NCBI RefSeq assembly: GCF_009914755.1
Contig: NC_060940.1
Source of the DNA: the human T2T-CHM13v2.0 reference genome, Homo sapiens
Strand: one strand, 5' to 3'
DNA: 64,000 nt
Positions within the stretch are counted from its first letter, which is position 1. Each line of letters begins with the position of its first letter. The notes below the pieces were generated by a model. That model ran no database searches and had not been told where the DNA came from. It saw nothing but the letters and a program-made list of their open reading frames with translations. The translations under genes and the position numbers were made by a program. Shown piece by piece: positions 1 to 12,870 of the stretch.

Positions 1-464
1 CAAAATCCACTGCTCCAGGGCTTGACTGGTGCCTCTGCTGCCCACTGCACTGAGCTCATGAACCACTCTGGCCAGAATGGTCCTTTCATCGGGCTCCAGA
101 CAGCAGCCAGAGGATGTCCTGAGATGGTGGCTAGGAGAGGGAAGATATAAAATGTGCTCTGAGGGCCTCAAAGGCAGGACCACTGTCTATTGGGATGGAT
201 GTTCAGTTCTTAGGTTAGACAGGACACTAGCCCTCTGGCCCAAGAAGCCCGGAGAGAGGGAGAACCCCTCGACCTGTCTTCTTCCCTTTTGGCTAATACA
301 TTCATTCAGACTGGAGTGGCAGAACACGCTTTGGCATTTAACAGCAATCTCCATTCTGCTTCGTGTAGAAACTGCCCTAGATACCTGGATCATGAGCTAC
401 CAGTCTTGTTTTCCGGCAATGATATCCTGTTCTGCTCCTTTCTGTTACTTTAAAAGTATATCTG

Positions 465-808
<344 letters not shown>

Positions 809-1254
809 TTAAGAATTGCTTGCCAGGTGCCACCTGGAATTAGAAGTCACCAATTACTTGTTTTAGTAAATAAATAAAGTAAATATAAAATGCTAATGTC
901 TTTCAGTATTAAGTTTTGCAAGAAGTGGCTGCAATTTTTCTCTGTGGGTGCTGTTGACAGCTCCTGCTTGGTCTTAGGAAGCTGGGGAAGACAGAAAGAA
1001 GGAATAATGGCTACTAAGCAGCTTGGGAGAGGGAGAGTTTCCTTAGCCCATGAGCTCAAACTATGTCACTTCTCTGTATTACCTGTATTACCTCTAAGAC
1101 CCTGCTGAGAATAAGAAGCTGATAGCTTTGTTCCCATTTGCCATGGTTCCCTGGGTGCCCTCTCCCTCCCTAAGGGACTTCACAGAGATGGCAGAGATGG
1201 TTCAAGGCTATCTGGGGTCCTCTGGCCATAACCAGGGCACAGTCTTAGGCCACA

Positions 1255-1853
1255 CATGATGGGCAGAATCTCCCCCCACTCCCAACATTCTGGTCCCCTA
1301 GTTACTCCAATGCTAATCGAGGTACTGCGGTAAAGGGATTTTGTAGATGTAAAGTCCCAAATCAACAGACCTTAAAAAGCAGCGGTTATCTGGGTGGGCC
1401 TGACCCAATCAGATGAGCCATTTAAAAGCAGAATTTTCTCCAGCTGGTGGCAGAAGAGGAATCAGAAAGATTTGAGGCACAAGGGGATTTGCTATGTCTT
1501 TGTTGGTTTGAAGATGCGGGCGACCCCAGGAAAAGGAATGTGAGTGGCCTTACGTTGCTCACAGAGGCTCCTGATTGACCTCCAGCAAGGAAACAGACTC
1601 CAGTCCTTCACCCATAAGAAGCCAATTCTGTCAATACTTTGAGTGAGCTTGGAAATAGATGTCTCCCCAGAGCTCCCAGTAGAGGACTCAATCCAGCCTG
1701 TACCTTAATATCAGTCTTATGATACCCTGAGCAGAGAATTCAGCCATACCATGCTGGACTTCTGACCTACAAAACTGTATACGAATAAATGGGCGTTGCT
1801 TTAAGCCATTAAATTTGTGGTGATTAGTTATGCAGCAATAGAAAACTAATACA
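1255..1853 (+). mobile_element. ERVL-MaLR solo LTR, MLT1E-like
   Basis: MLT1 motifs GGATTTTGTAGATGTAA and TTATCTGGGTGGGCCTGACCCAATC; 3' end AATAAATGGGCGTTGCTTTAAGCCATTAAATTTGTGG...GCAGCAATAGAAAACTAATACA. Confidence 0.88.
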
Positions 1854-2220
1854 GCATCCAGTGGCAACAAAACACGCCTCCCAGACCTGATTCCTCACTG
1901 TGCTGAGCAGATCGGCCTGGACTACAGCCCTGCTCTCTCTGCATCTTTGCAGGAAATTCCCTGTCAAAGATCAAAAGTTAGCCCAGTGTGGTTCATGACA
2001 GGAAAACAATTGCTCCCTGCCTGGCTCCTTGCCACCTGCACTGATGGGGAAGGGGGAACTCTGCCCATATCACAGTGTCCCTGGCGGCTGGGACGGCAGT
2101 GCAGCAAGCACGACCCATTAACACATCAAGAGAGTGCCACGGGACTGCATTGCTAAACCCCGATTTTGATTTTTCCAGGCATCTGGGGGAGGAAGAAGGA
2201 GGCAGAGGCTGTGTTCTGAA

Positions 2221-2900
2221 TGTAAAGCCATCTATTTCCGTGCCTTCAAAAGGCAAAATCGTCTAAGCCCTCACAAGCGGAAGAAAAGGGAAGATGGGAG
2301 GGGACGCAAGGCAGTTGCCTGGAGGAAGGGTGGGGACCAGGGAGCTGGGACAGGTGGTACCGCGGATGCACCGCCAGCATGTTAAAACGCTCTCCCCACA
2401 GACCCGACAATCACCAGCGCTACACACCCGACAATTTGAGATTTAGACATATTCAAGTTTTCTAAGCCTCAAATTAGCCCTTGTAAGAGCTTATCTTCTT
2501 TCCCCCCAATTGACTTTAATCAAGTGCCTCAGAAGCTGGGAAATATTTTAAGTTAATCAGGCCCTTAATGCGGTGCCTGGGGAATGCCGCCGAGCTGCCT
2601 GCTCCTGCTCCTCCCTTCACTATCCTTTTCCCATCTCTTCCTCTCTTCCCTTTTCCCCCCACTGCATTTGTGAAATGCTTGGCAAACGTGTCTCACCAGT
2701 GAAAGGGAGACCAAAAGAGAGAATGCGACAGTGAACACGACACATTACAGCAACATCATAAAATGGTTTTCCTGACATTCGTAGGCAAATGCTGGCTACA
2801 GTAATGAGCAGCCTTTGTGAAAATGTTTCTATCCGAAATGTTTTAATAAGTGCTTAAAGTGCACGGAACACATGGCAGATTCCTGCCCAACAAGAACTCA
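2221..2900. promoter_or_regulatory. Candidate enhancer (repeat-free, locally CpG-retaining block)
   Basis: About 20 CpGs in ~660 bp, duplicated ACCCGACAAT, CATAAAA, TGACA and TAAT motifs; function is inferred only. Confidence 0.35.
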
Positions 2901-2974
2901 CAGCACAGTGACCTCATTTCTGACTCCCAACTACAAGCCAAGGTCTGACGAGATGGCAAATACTTGAATACTGA

Positions 2975-3150
2975 TAATCATAATCATGAAGATTTATCGA
3001 CCACTTACTATGTGCTCGCTGCTGTGTTCTACATATGCAGACTCATTTGCTTTCCACAAAGTAAAAGTCCCTTAAGAGCAATACAATTACTATTTCTGTC
3101 TTATAGCTGATGAAACTGCAGCCTAAAGAGGCTAAGTAATTCATTCCAAG
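2975..3150 (-). mobile_element. MIR fragment
   Basis: Degenerate MIR core ...TTATAGCTGATGAAACTGCAGCCTAAAGAGGCTAAGTAATT. Confidence 0.7.
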
Positions 3151-3304
3151 AGCGTTCTACTGAGAACTTGCGAGCACCCAGAAATTCCAAGCTGGATGTA
3201 TTCCGTACCCCGAGTCTACGTAGCGAGATCTGATAACCCCACAAAACAAGGGGCGAGGCTGCAGGACTCCAGAAAGGGCAGGCTGAGGTCAAACACACAT
3301 CTGT

Positions 3305-3750
3305 ATCTCACATCAGGCTGCCCAGAGGCACACCTTGAGATGAGAATTTGTGTGCAGGAGATTTATTTAAGGAAGAAGGAACAGAAATGAGAGAGTGAGA
3401 GAAGAAGGAAAAACAGGGAAAGAGAAGAAACCAAGCAAGGGTGGGATTTTAGGCAATGTCCCAACCTCAGCCTGATCCCCTGGGGGACCCTGGAGCATAG
3501 ATTACACCTCAGTGTTTGTCCTACCTCCAGCAAGGGAGCAGCCTTCTGTTCTCCAGCACCAGTTACTCATTGGCTGCAGGCTGCCCGGGAGGCAACAGGA
3601 TTCCAGGCCCTTTCAGCTCTCTGTGCTCTTAGGTGAAGTGGATCCACAGGTTCAAGCAGTCAACGGTGAAGCAGATGTTACTGCATGCACAGATGGGCCA
3701 GAGGGATCTGAGGGGATCTGAGCAGAGCCTTGTTGGTGTCCCCTGCAATC
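3305..3750 (-). mobile_element. ERVL solo LTR, LTR33/LTR16-like
   Basis: CAGAGGCACACCTTGAGATGAGAATTTGTGTGCAGGAGATTTATTT...CAGCCTGATCCCC...CATTGGCTGCAGGCTGCCC resembles reverse LTR33. Confidence 0.65.
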
Positions 3751-3764
3751 TATTTAAATCCTGA

Positions 3765-3900
3765 GGTGTTTATCTAGCTGTGTGGCGTTGGGCGAGTTTC
3801 TTAACCTCTCTGAGTCTCAGGATCTGCACCTGTGAAATAGGAATAATGATTCCTATTCCTTTCAGAGTTAGCATGAGAATTCAATTAGATAAAATGAGGA
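3765..3900 (+). mobile_element. MIR fragment
   Basis: CTAGCTGTGTGGCGTTGGGCGAGTTTCTTAACCTCTCTGAGTCTCAG...TGTGAAATAGGAATAATG. Confidence 0.8.
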
Positions 3901-5507
3901 TGTGTGATTTAAAATTGGCATCAATACTCCATGATGCAGCATTGCCCAAATGGCCATAAAATTCCCCAAAAAGATAGAGGAAAAGACCAAAAAAATGATT
4001 ATAATTTTTTATAATCAGCCCCCATCCTTCCCCATCAATGAGGAGGCCATTTTGAACTATCCCTTTGAGCTACGACCATACACGCAGAATTAGGTCTTCC
4101 CCTTAAAACCCAACCACTTTGGGCCCGAGAAAAAGCTCCCCGATAACAGTTGGGAGCCGCCCCATGCAAAGTCAGCTCCCCACACTGCACATCAAGTGCC
4201 TGGGCCTGCATCTCTATTTTGCTACTACCCAGAGGATGGAGCTTATAAAATTTCAAAGAAAGGGCCCATGTGAAAGGGGGAGAGAAGAGACGTAGGTCCA
4301 GGGTTGGTGTCTGCCAGAGTTCTCTCTAATCTAGCCCCACTGTTTTAGTTCTTTAATTAAGTGCCTCTGCTCACATTCCCCACTCACCTTCCCTAGAAAC
4401 CCAACTATATTGAGCAGATATGTAAAAGCCGACAATTAAATTGTCTTATCAAATTTTCGCAGCTTATTAAGTTGTTCAATTGCATGGGAAATGATTAGTG
4501 TCTGTAAATAGAGAAAGAAAGCATCAGCCCAGGAGGCTGCAGACTGGGGCTGGAGGATCTAAAGGTAATCTCCTAGAAGGGGTGGGGGTGTGGGCTGGCC
4601 TCACTGAATTCTCGGCAGTGTCCCCCTTCTAGTCCTCAGAAAGCCCAACAGGCTTTTCATTGAACATCCAGGTAGGAAGGAGTGGCAGAGATTAACTGAC
4701 TTCTCTGACGTCCCAGAGAGATCCCTGGACCTGGAGACAGGAGGCAGAATTTTCAAGTCTAAACTCCATCATTTACCAGGTGCGGGAACTCAGGAAAGCC
4801 ACTGACACACCCTCAGTCTGTTTGCTTATTCCATTTGGCCAGGACTGGGGCAGAGACCTCATTCCTGGTGATGCCTGGTGCTCACTCAGTGCCTTACTGA
4901 GGGTGGCCTGGTACTCAGGAAGAAGCCTCTTGTGTAGCTGCATGTAAACAGCTTCCACCAGTGTGCTTTACAGATCAGACCCTAAGCAAGCCTCCTTCCT
5001 TCCTGTCCAGGAGGGCCTCTCATTAACAAATTCTAGAGTCTAAGCTTAAAGTCAGTGCCTGACCATCAGGAAGGCTGAAGCCCTCGTGCCCCAGCAGCAT
5101 TCCTGTGGTCGCTGGTGGAATTGTTTATTCCATTTTGGATATGAAAAGAGAAAGCTTTATGTGCCTCATTTTCCAGGAATGTCTCATTTAGATTAGCTGT
5201 TTGTATGTTGTTGGTCCAGCCACCTCCACCCCACCCCCCAAAAAACTACAAATTACATAGATATGTGAATAAAACAGCCAAAATTTGACCGTTGGCATCG
5301 ATGCTGAGCACCATCACTCACTTTGCTTAAGGATAGGGTATCTTTTAAAATCTCGTATTGGCTTCAGCTCAGTTCCCTGAAAATATAGAGGAGCTACAGA
5401 ACCCCCTAGGGCTCTAGGAGTGGGACTAAGCAGGAAACTGGGGAAAGGACTTTGAAGGGATCCCTTTTTTTCTCTTGGATCAAGACATCCATGTTGGATA
5501 AAATCTG

Positions 5508-5546
5508 AAATAAAAAAAAATAAAAATAAAATAAAATAAAAAAAAC
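5508..5546. repeat. A-rich / (AAAAT)n low-complexity tract
   Basis: Seen directly. Confidence 0.8.
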
Positions 5547-6959
5547 AGAGAGTTTAGAAGTAGCCTGGGCCCAGCCAGGCAGAGAGGCTGTGGCCAGGGC
5601 TGGACTACTGAACACGTGGTCTGATGGCTTAAGACAGGAGCAAAGCAGAAACTCCCAGAACAAATTTGCCATGCACAGTGCAAATGAGTAGAGAGTTGGG
5701 GTCGGCCTCTGTCCAACCTACATCCACATCCCTTGAAGCAGCACCTATCCCATGACTCATCAACAATTATCCCATGATTCATCAACTGTTGAAGGGGTCA
5801 CGGTGCATCAGCCCCAAGAAGAACTATAACAACATACAGTTTTGCACAGATTTCTTCATAACTTTAGGGCACTCTCACATTCACCTGCCTGGTGACCCTC
5901 TTAATGTCCCTGAAAGGGGCAGGGCAGCTCTCACCACCCCTATTTGTTCTCATTGGAAACTTCCAAGCTTAGAACTTCAACCATTGCATAATCCATTGCG
6001 TAGAGTTGAAGTCAGGTTTACTTGACTTGTTCAAGTTTGCAAAACAACCTCTAAGTAGCCTGGGAGTAGAACTCAAGGTTTCTAACTGAATACACTCTTT
6101 CATACCATTTCAAAACACTTTGGGAAAAGACCCATAATAAAGTCACAGGCCACCAAAAATCCATTATGCCCCAGTCGGAAACTCAAGACCCTGGGCACAG
6201 GCATCCCAGAGAAAAGTGAAGAGAGGATGTTTTCCTTTCTTCTTGAGGTCAGCTGCTGAGTTCTTCCTGTACATAAAGACTCCTTTTCTCAGTTTTTCAC
6301 GACATGAAGCACTGTTGCTTATATTCTGGCAACGCTTTAAATGCTTTGCTCACAACTCCTTCCCTCCTTCTCCACTCATTTCCCTTTTATGAACATGCTA
6401 TCCTTATCCAGAATGACAGGTGCTGTGGGGAGAAAAGCACAAGAAAATCTAACTTTCTTATAAACATACAAAAATTTGCAATGTGAGAATTCTCTTTTTT
6501 GATGGATTAGTCATGCATATTCTACACAATGAGTCAGCTAAGTTAGAAACATTAATGGATTCAATGGAACCTGGGACATCTTTTATTATTAATACCAGGA
6601 CCCACCCTGGTGTGGATGGGTCACCAAAGAAGCATCGTCTTATTCACTAAATGGGACACAGAGTTGAATTTTGGACCTGGGGAGGTTTGCTTAGCTGTGG
6701 AACAGTAGGGCACAGAGGGAAGAGAACCCATCAGATACAGATAGGGTGCAAATGTCAAGTTCAGTGCTAACAGGGACCCTCGAATTTTATGAAGCAGACC
6801 TCTTTGTCCTCGGTCATTCCAAGATAATAAGCCAGGAGCCTCCAGGAGGTCATGGATGAAGCAGAAAGAAAACTGAGCAGAGAACGGATGAAAATGGGAG
6901 GTGAAGTTGAAGGAGGAGGAATGGAGTGGAAGGCAGGATAGAGAAGAGCCAGAGCAGGG

Positions 6960-7012
6960 AAATTAACAAAGAGATGCAGTGCCTTCCCCAAATTAACAGA
7001 GATTCAGTGCCT
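6960..7012. repeat. Two-copy ~30-bp tandem duplication
   Basis: AAATTAACAAAGAGATGCAGTGCCT (6960-6984) and AAATTAACAGAGATTCAGTGCCT (6990-7012). Confidence 0.85.
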
Positions 7013-7634
7013 CTTTGTCAACTAAAGAAAAAGCCACACCAGGCTTGAGGTCAGGTGAGAGGCTGCTCAGTAGCATATGTCCCGGGAACTGAGAATTTTC
7101 CAGACTTGAATCTCAATTCCCCACACTTACTACCCATGGGACCCTAAATAAGTTACCCACCCTAGCTGAGCTCTAGCTACTGCATCCAGATGGCAGGAGG
7201 CGCCCACCCCACCTCCCACAGTTTCTATGGGTGTCACTGGGCTCACTTAGAGGAGCACTCATCTCAGATCCTGGGACATCGGCATCCTGATCCTCCACAC
7301 AACCATATACAGTGGAGCTGCTGGGCAAGAACCTGAACAGGCTGATGCAGATCCCATGTTCCTTCTACTTTGCTGTCAGTTGTGGATAGGCTTTAGAGCA
7401 GCACATGAAATCTGACAGGGAGCCCCAACCCAGAAAACCTGTGTGAGTGGAGCTGGCCTGGCTGAAATCAGAAGACAGAGCTCAGACTCACGCTGATGCC
7501 CTCATTTTACGCCCCCAACCTTGGCCTTGGCAGTCACTCCAAGAGTCCAGAGCTCCACACGCTCAGTTTTGAAATTGTGAATTTATGATAGAACTTTTCA
7601 CAAAGCAATGCCTCAATCAAAAATGACAGAATGA

Positions 7635-7780
7635 CTGAAATTAAGCTTAATGTTTGTGCACTTACTATTCAGGGATACCCTTATCAGGTAGATTGTGCCA
7701 TCATGTCCATCTTACAGAGGGTAAGACTGAGGCTCAGCTGGTCCAAGGACATTCAACCTCAGGTGCTCACACTGTGACTC
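7635..7780 (-). mobile_element. MIR fragment
   Basis: CCATCTTACAGAGGGTAAGACTGAGGCTCAG...ATTCAACCTCAGG. Confidence 0.6.
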
Positions 7781-8459
7781 TATTGTAGGAAACCTCATTG
7801 CTCTCTCTGATGGCAAAATTTCTAATTAGCCCTTCTCAGCCTCCTAAAGGGGAAATGGGGCTGAGATGACGGTGGGTTGTTCTCCCACCTCCCCCAAGCC
7901 CTCACCTTTAACCGACACCCACATCTGGCTACCTTCATCACCAGCGACTGGAGTCCACAGGTGGGCCTGGCATGTTCTTCACTCAGAATGTCCCTGCAGG
8001 CCCTCAGCCTCAACAAGACAGGAGCACACAGGCTAGAGCTGTTTGTCTCCTTCTCATTCATCACCGTCTCTCTGGGCTCCCATTCCTCTACTGCTGAAAC
8101 CCCTACTCACCCCCAACTACAGCAGACAGAGCCAAGATGAAGAGGAATGCTCTCACCAGGTCAGCTATTCCCAAGCTGCTGCTCCTTCAAGAAAAATCTC
8201 CCCAACTGGTCTGCATCATAAACACGTCTTTCCCAATCCAGGGCTTAGTCCAGACCTCAAGAATCCTGAGAAGTACCATGGAATTCAGTTCTTGGTGGGT
8301 TCCAGTAGTAATGGATGTTGGGGAAGAGGCGGATGCATTTGGTACATGGTTAAGCAGATCTACCGTATGCAGTGCCCCGTGCTGGGTTCTGAGGATACAG
8401 CAATTATAGGATTTATTACCTTAGAACAATGGGATTGGGTGAATCTTTAGAGATCTCTC

Positions 8460-8848
8460 ACTTCCACCAGCCACTTAAGTCTGAGGCAAACTGAGACGCA
8501 AGCTGTGCATGTGACTCAAGCCAACAGGGTCCTTCCCTGAGACGTTTCCAGCTGGAGCTGGAGGACTAGGGGTGTGTGGCTGGGGCTTTCTGCCAGGGCT
8601 GGGACAAGATGAAGTGAGTGAGATGCCCAGTGCATGGTGTGTTAGGAGGCATCACTTCCAGGGCCCTTCCAGACAAGTGCTTCTAGGGGATGAGAGAAGG
8701 GGGCCCAGGAGCAATGAGGGATATATGGAAAGCAACTCTTTCCTCCCATCTGTGGCTACCCCAGTGCTTTCCAACAAATCCCCTCTATCTCTTAACCCAG
8801 ATGAAGGTGGGTTTCTGCCACTTGCTGCCGGAGAGTTCTGACCAACAG
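8460..8848 (+). mobile_element. Degenerate old MLT1 (J/K-like) LTR
   Basis: CATGTGACTCAAGCCAA; 3' end CCAACAAATCCCCT...GGTGGGTTTCTGCCACTTGCTGCCGGAGAGTTCTGACCAACA. Confidence 0.55.
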
Positions 8849-10399
8849 TGAGGCTTTCCATGTGCATCCCTCCGATACCTGCTTCCGCTGTGCAGCTCCA
8901 GTCATTGACCCTGTTCCTGCCCTCTGGCCACTGGCACTAGGCTCTCTGCCATCTGGTGATGCTGCTGACTCTCCGCAGGTACCCATACCCACCAGGATCT
9001 CCAGACTGCTGGGTACAGCTCCCAAAAGCCTGGGATCCAGCCCCCCCGCCATTAAAGAGCTTGATGACCCATGGTGAGTTGAGCTGGAGAAAGGGAGTGC
9101 ACAGGAAATATGCCTAAGTCTTCACTATGGAGACAGGATGGACTGTGCTGGGATGGCTGGAATAAGCCACATGTCATCTGAGAAGAGGGATGGGGAAATT
9201 CACTTTGAGTGAGCAAGGAAAGGGTTAAGAGGTAAAAGCCACTGGAATCAGGAGACATTCTAAGGTCATTCTAGGGACATTAAAGATTCTAGGGTCCATT
9301 CTGTCATGACAAATGAAACGAAGTGCTGGTTGGAAACCTCTGACTGCCTCCCACATCCTATATTCTAAAAATTCATGTTCTCTTCTCCTGCCTGCCCAGG
9401 TCCACAGGGCTGCCTGGTTCCTGTCATGTGACCTCCCTGCCTAAGCTACAGACGCTACCAGTATGCTCGCTGCCCCCAGGCTCATCTCCAGACCTGGTCT
9501 TGCTAGAGCCCCAGTGCGCCACCCCTGAGCCTGCTGCTGAACCTAAGCTTGGGTCCAGCCCTGCCCTGTGCTGTGTCGGAACTGGAGGTAAAGGAAGGGA
9601 TGTGGGAGCAGGTTTCCTGCTGTCAGGGCCTCCCCTTTTCCATCTGACCAGGCTACATTTAGATGGAGATGGGAGGCCTATGATAGCAGCCACGGGGTAC
9701 AGTGGAAGAGGGGAAACATTGGGATGCAGTGGGCGGAAGCAACCTTGGGGCACAATGGGAAGAAGGAATTTGGTGGACCAACAGGATTTTGGAAGCATCA
9801 GGACCTGGGCAAACTATTTGCCTGCATGGCTTCCACCTCAGGCTGACATTGGCAGAAGCCCAGTGTCTGGGACTGCAGGAAGCTGGAGAGGAACATCCGC
9901 CAGCTGGACTCCCCTTAAAAGGAGAGTTCCTCCTAAAATAGGCACGCATGACCCAGCCATGAGGGCAGAGACGGATCCAGCAGCTCCCAGAGGTAGGACA
10001 TAGCTCTGAGCCCAGAAGGAGTTTGGTGTTTCAAATCACACATCACAAATCGCTTTCTCTGCACATTCCTTGGAAGCTCTGGTGTGTAAACTTTCCACCT
10101 TATCTTTCCCAGAGTGCATGCCAGGACCTGGCCCTGGTGATGTTTCCATTTAAGCAAAAGAGACAGTGGGTGTCAGCAGCCCCTGGGGCTCCTAGTAAGA
10201 TGAAGAAATTGATCAGGCTGTCTCCAAGCAAGGGAGAAGGAGAGAAGGGAAGAACAGAGATGAACCGCAAGGGAAGGAAGCGGAAAGGGGAAAGAGGACT
10301 TGCTATTGCTGCACCCAGTTAGGGTTTGCGGAGCTCCAGGTGGTGGTGCTTACCAGTGTGGCTCTAAAGTTCTCCACCAGGGTACAGATCGCAGGGTGC

Positions 10400-10590
10400 C
10401 CCTTACTTGCTGTGTGATCTTGTGTGAGTTAGTCAACCTCTCTGAACCTCAGTTTGCTTATCAGTAAAATGTCCATAGTAAAATAATTCCTCCTTTCTAG
10501 GACTGTTGTAAGCACTGCATAAGATGGCAAATGCAGCTGTGTCTGGCACCCAGCAAGCACTCGATCCAACTTGGGCATCATTATTACTTG
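10400..10590 (+). mobile_element. MIR
   Basis: CTTACTTGCTGTGTGATCTTG...AACCTCTCTGAACCTCAGTTTGCTTATCAGTAAAATG. Confidence 0.85.
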
Positions 10591-10746
10591 ACCAGGAACT
10601 TCTGTGAAACTTGGTTATGTCAAAAAGAGGAAGATGAGGATGACTGGGTCATGGTCTCTTGTGATCCCAGCAGGTAGGCTTTGAATAGAGTGCTTATCTG
10701 AGTCACAGGTAACCACTCTACCTTGACCTATGAAATCAAGAGATCA

Positions 10747-11123
<377 letters not shown>

Positions 11124-12204
11124 TTAAAGATATGCAAATATCTAGGTCAGCTAAACTTCACTTGTTGGAAATCATTGTTTACTCTGCCCCAGCTGTAAAT
11201 AGGGTCTGTGTTTGCATAATATATCATTTAAGGTTCTGCTGCTTTAAAAAAAAAAAGAAAAAAAGAAAAAGAAAAACATAAAGTTTAAAAACCACCATCG
11301 TGGATACATAGCACCTCTGGGTACAGATTTATGCCTTCAAGACCCAGAAGTCACATCTTTCCAGTGGGAAAGCTGCCTCTTTGAGAATACTGAGCTTCCG
11401 GCAGGTGGGAGACTGAATATGGGGGATTATGGTAAAGACATGTGAGTTCCACTTTTGACACATGTTGGTAATAATCACGAACGCATGATGTAATTATTCA
11501 TTTTGTTTCAAGAGACATTTTTTTTCCCACATAGGAGCCATTGCTTTCAATTTTACAAAGTCAAAATTGAGCTCTCAGAGAGCTAAGTCTTCTGTTTCAT
11601 GTACTATAACCTTTGGAAATGCATTTAAAAGGAAGAGAACAAGGTTTTTAGATATGAATAGCCGGAGGTGGTAGGAAAGGTGACCTTGCCGGAGGGTTGC
11701 CTGGCAATCAGGCCCACGGAGGTCAGCAGTCTCATCTTGTCTCTCCCAGACTAGAAGGTAAGAGTTACCCTTGGAACTTCACCCTGGCTCCTACACTCCT
11801 GGGCTGTAAGGAAGGAGATCTCACCTGCAGGAATAGGTAACATCCCAAGGTCCCAGAGTTAGGAACGGCAAAAGATGCTGGAAAACAAAGATAAAACTTC
11901 AGGAAGGAAATTAAAATGTACACTTAGGGCTGATGCCTGTTCTCCAGCCCCAGGGCCTTGTTTAAGAATCAGGAAGTACCGAAGAATATCATTAAGACTC
12001 TTTGATAAGGAAGGCAGAAAAATTCACTTACACCTAGATGGCAGCTGACCCATGAGAAAATCCTCCACTCTTTCAGCATGTTTTCCTTGAAAATATTGTT
12101 TATTTTTAGTAGAAATCCTGGGGAGGAGAGCTCTTTTAACTCTTTAATCTTTTGTTTGTTTAAAGAACTTTTCAATACTTTAGAATCCTTTTCCCTCAAC
12201 ACAT

Positions 12205-12520
12205 TTATATCAAGACTCTTTTTGTCAAACAATAAAAACAAGCACTGGCTAACTCTTTAAAAAAAAAGAGTTTATTGCAAGGACACAGGGTCACTCACAG
12301 AATCAAAGGTAAAATCAAAAATGTATTATACCTTCAGAAGGACCGGAAACTCCTGGGACTGTCAACACATGGCTTATCTTTCTAGAATGTTGGGAGATAG
12401 ATGGATGTGGCTTCACCCATCTCCCCCATCAGGCATCTTTGGGCAGAATGATTGACAGGTCGTCCCAGCCACATCAAAGGAAGAGGAGGGAATTCAGTTC
12501 CCCCAAAGGGGATAATCACA
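12205..12520 (-). mobile_element. Degenerate old MLT1 (L/N-like) LTR fragment
   Basis: CACTGGCTAACT...GAGTTTATTGCAAGGACACAGGGTCACTCACAGAATC. Confidence 0.45.
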
Positions 12521-12659
12521 CTTCTGTTTTGACAATTTATCATTTGTGCGTCCTTTCTATGTAAGAAAAGTACTCAAACATACCTTTTAGTCAAACTCCC
12601 AAACTGCATAGGAAAGTTGGGCATTCTATTGAAATAACAGCAGAGAGGGCTGGGAAGGA

Positions 12660-12870
12660 GGAATGTTTTTTTAAAATCTTATTCCATCTTAATACATCCT
12701 CTGGATTAGATGCTGATTAATTTGGCACTAAAGGCTGCTGTTAATCAGTTGCATGTCAGCCATCATTTGTAGTGACATTTAAATTATAAAGCATGATGGG
12801 ATTAACTGCACTTTTGCAAATAACCTCTTTATAAAAGTATAAGTAAACCTGATGTGCACACCGGAGGTAT
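12660..12870. promoter_or_regulatory. Candidate homeodomain-rich enhancer
   Basis: GGATTA x2, TGATTAAT, TGTCA and GTAAAC in unique AT-rich DNA; function is inferred only. Confidence 0.3.

Noticed and set aside
9428-10003. Longest ORF (191 aa)
   Set aside because: Non-ATG (GTG) start, no recognisable domain, and overlapping ORFs in other frames, as expected for GC-rich non-coding DNA.
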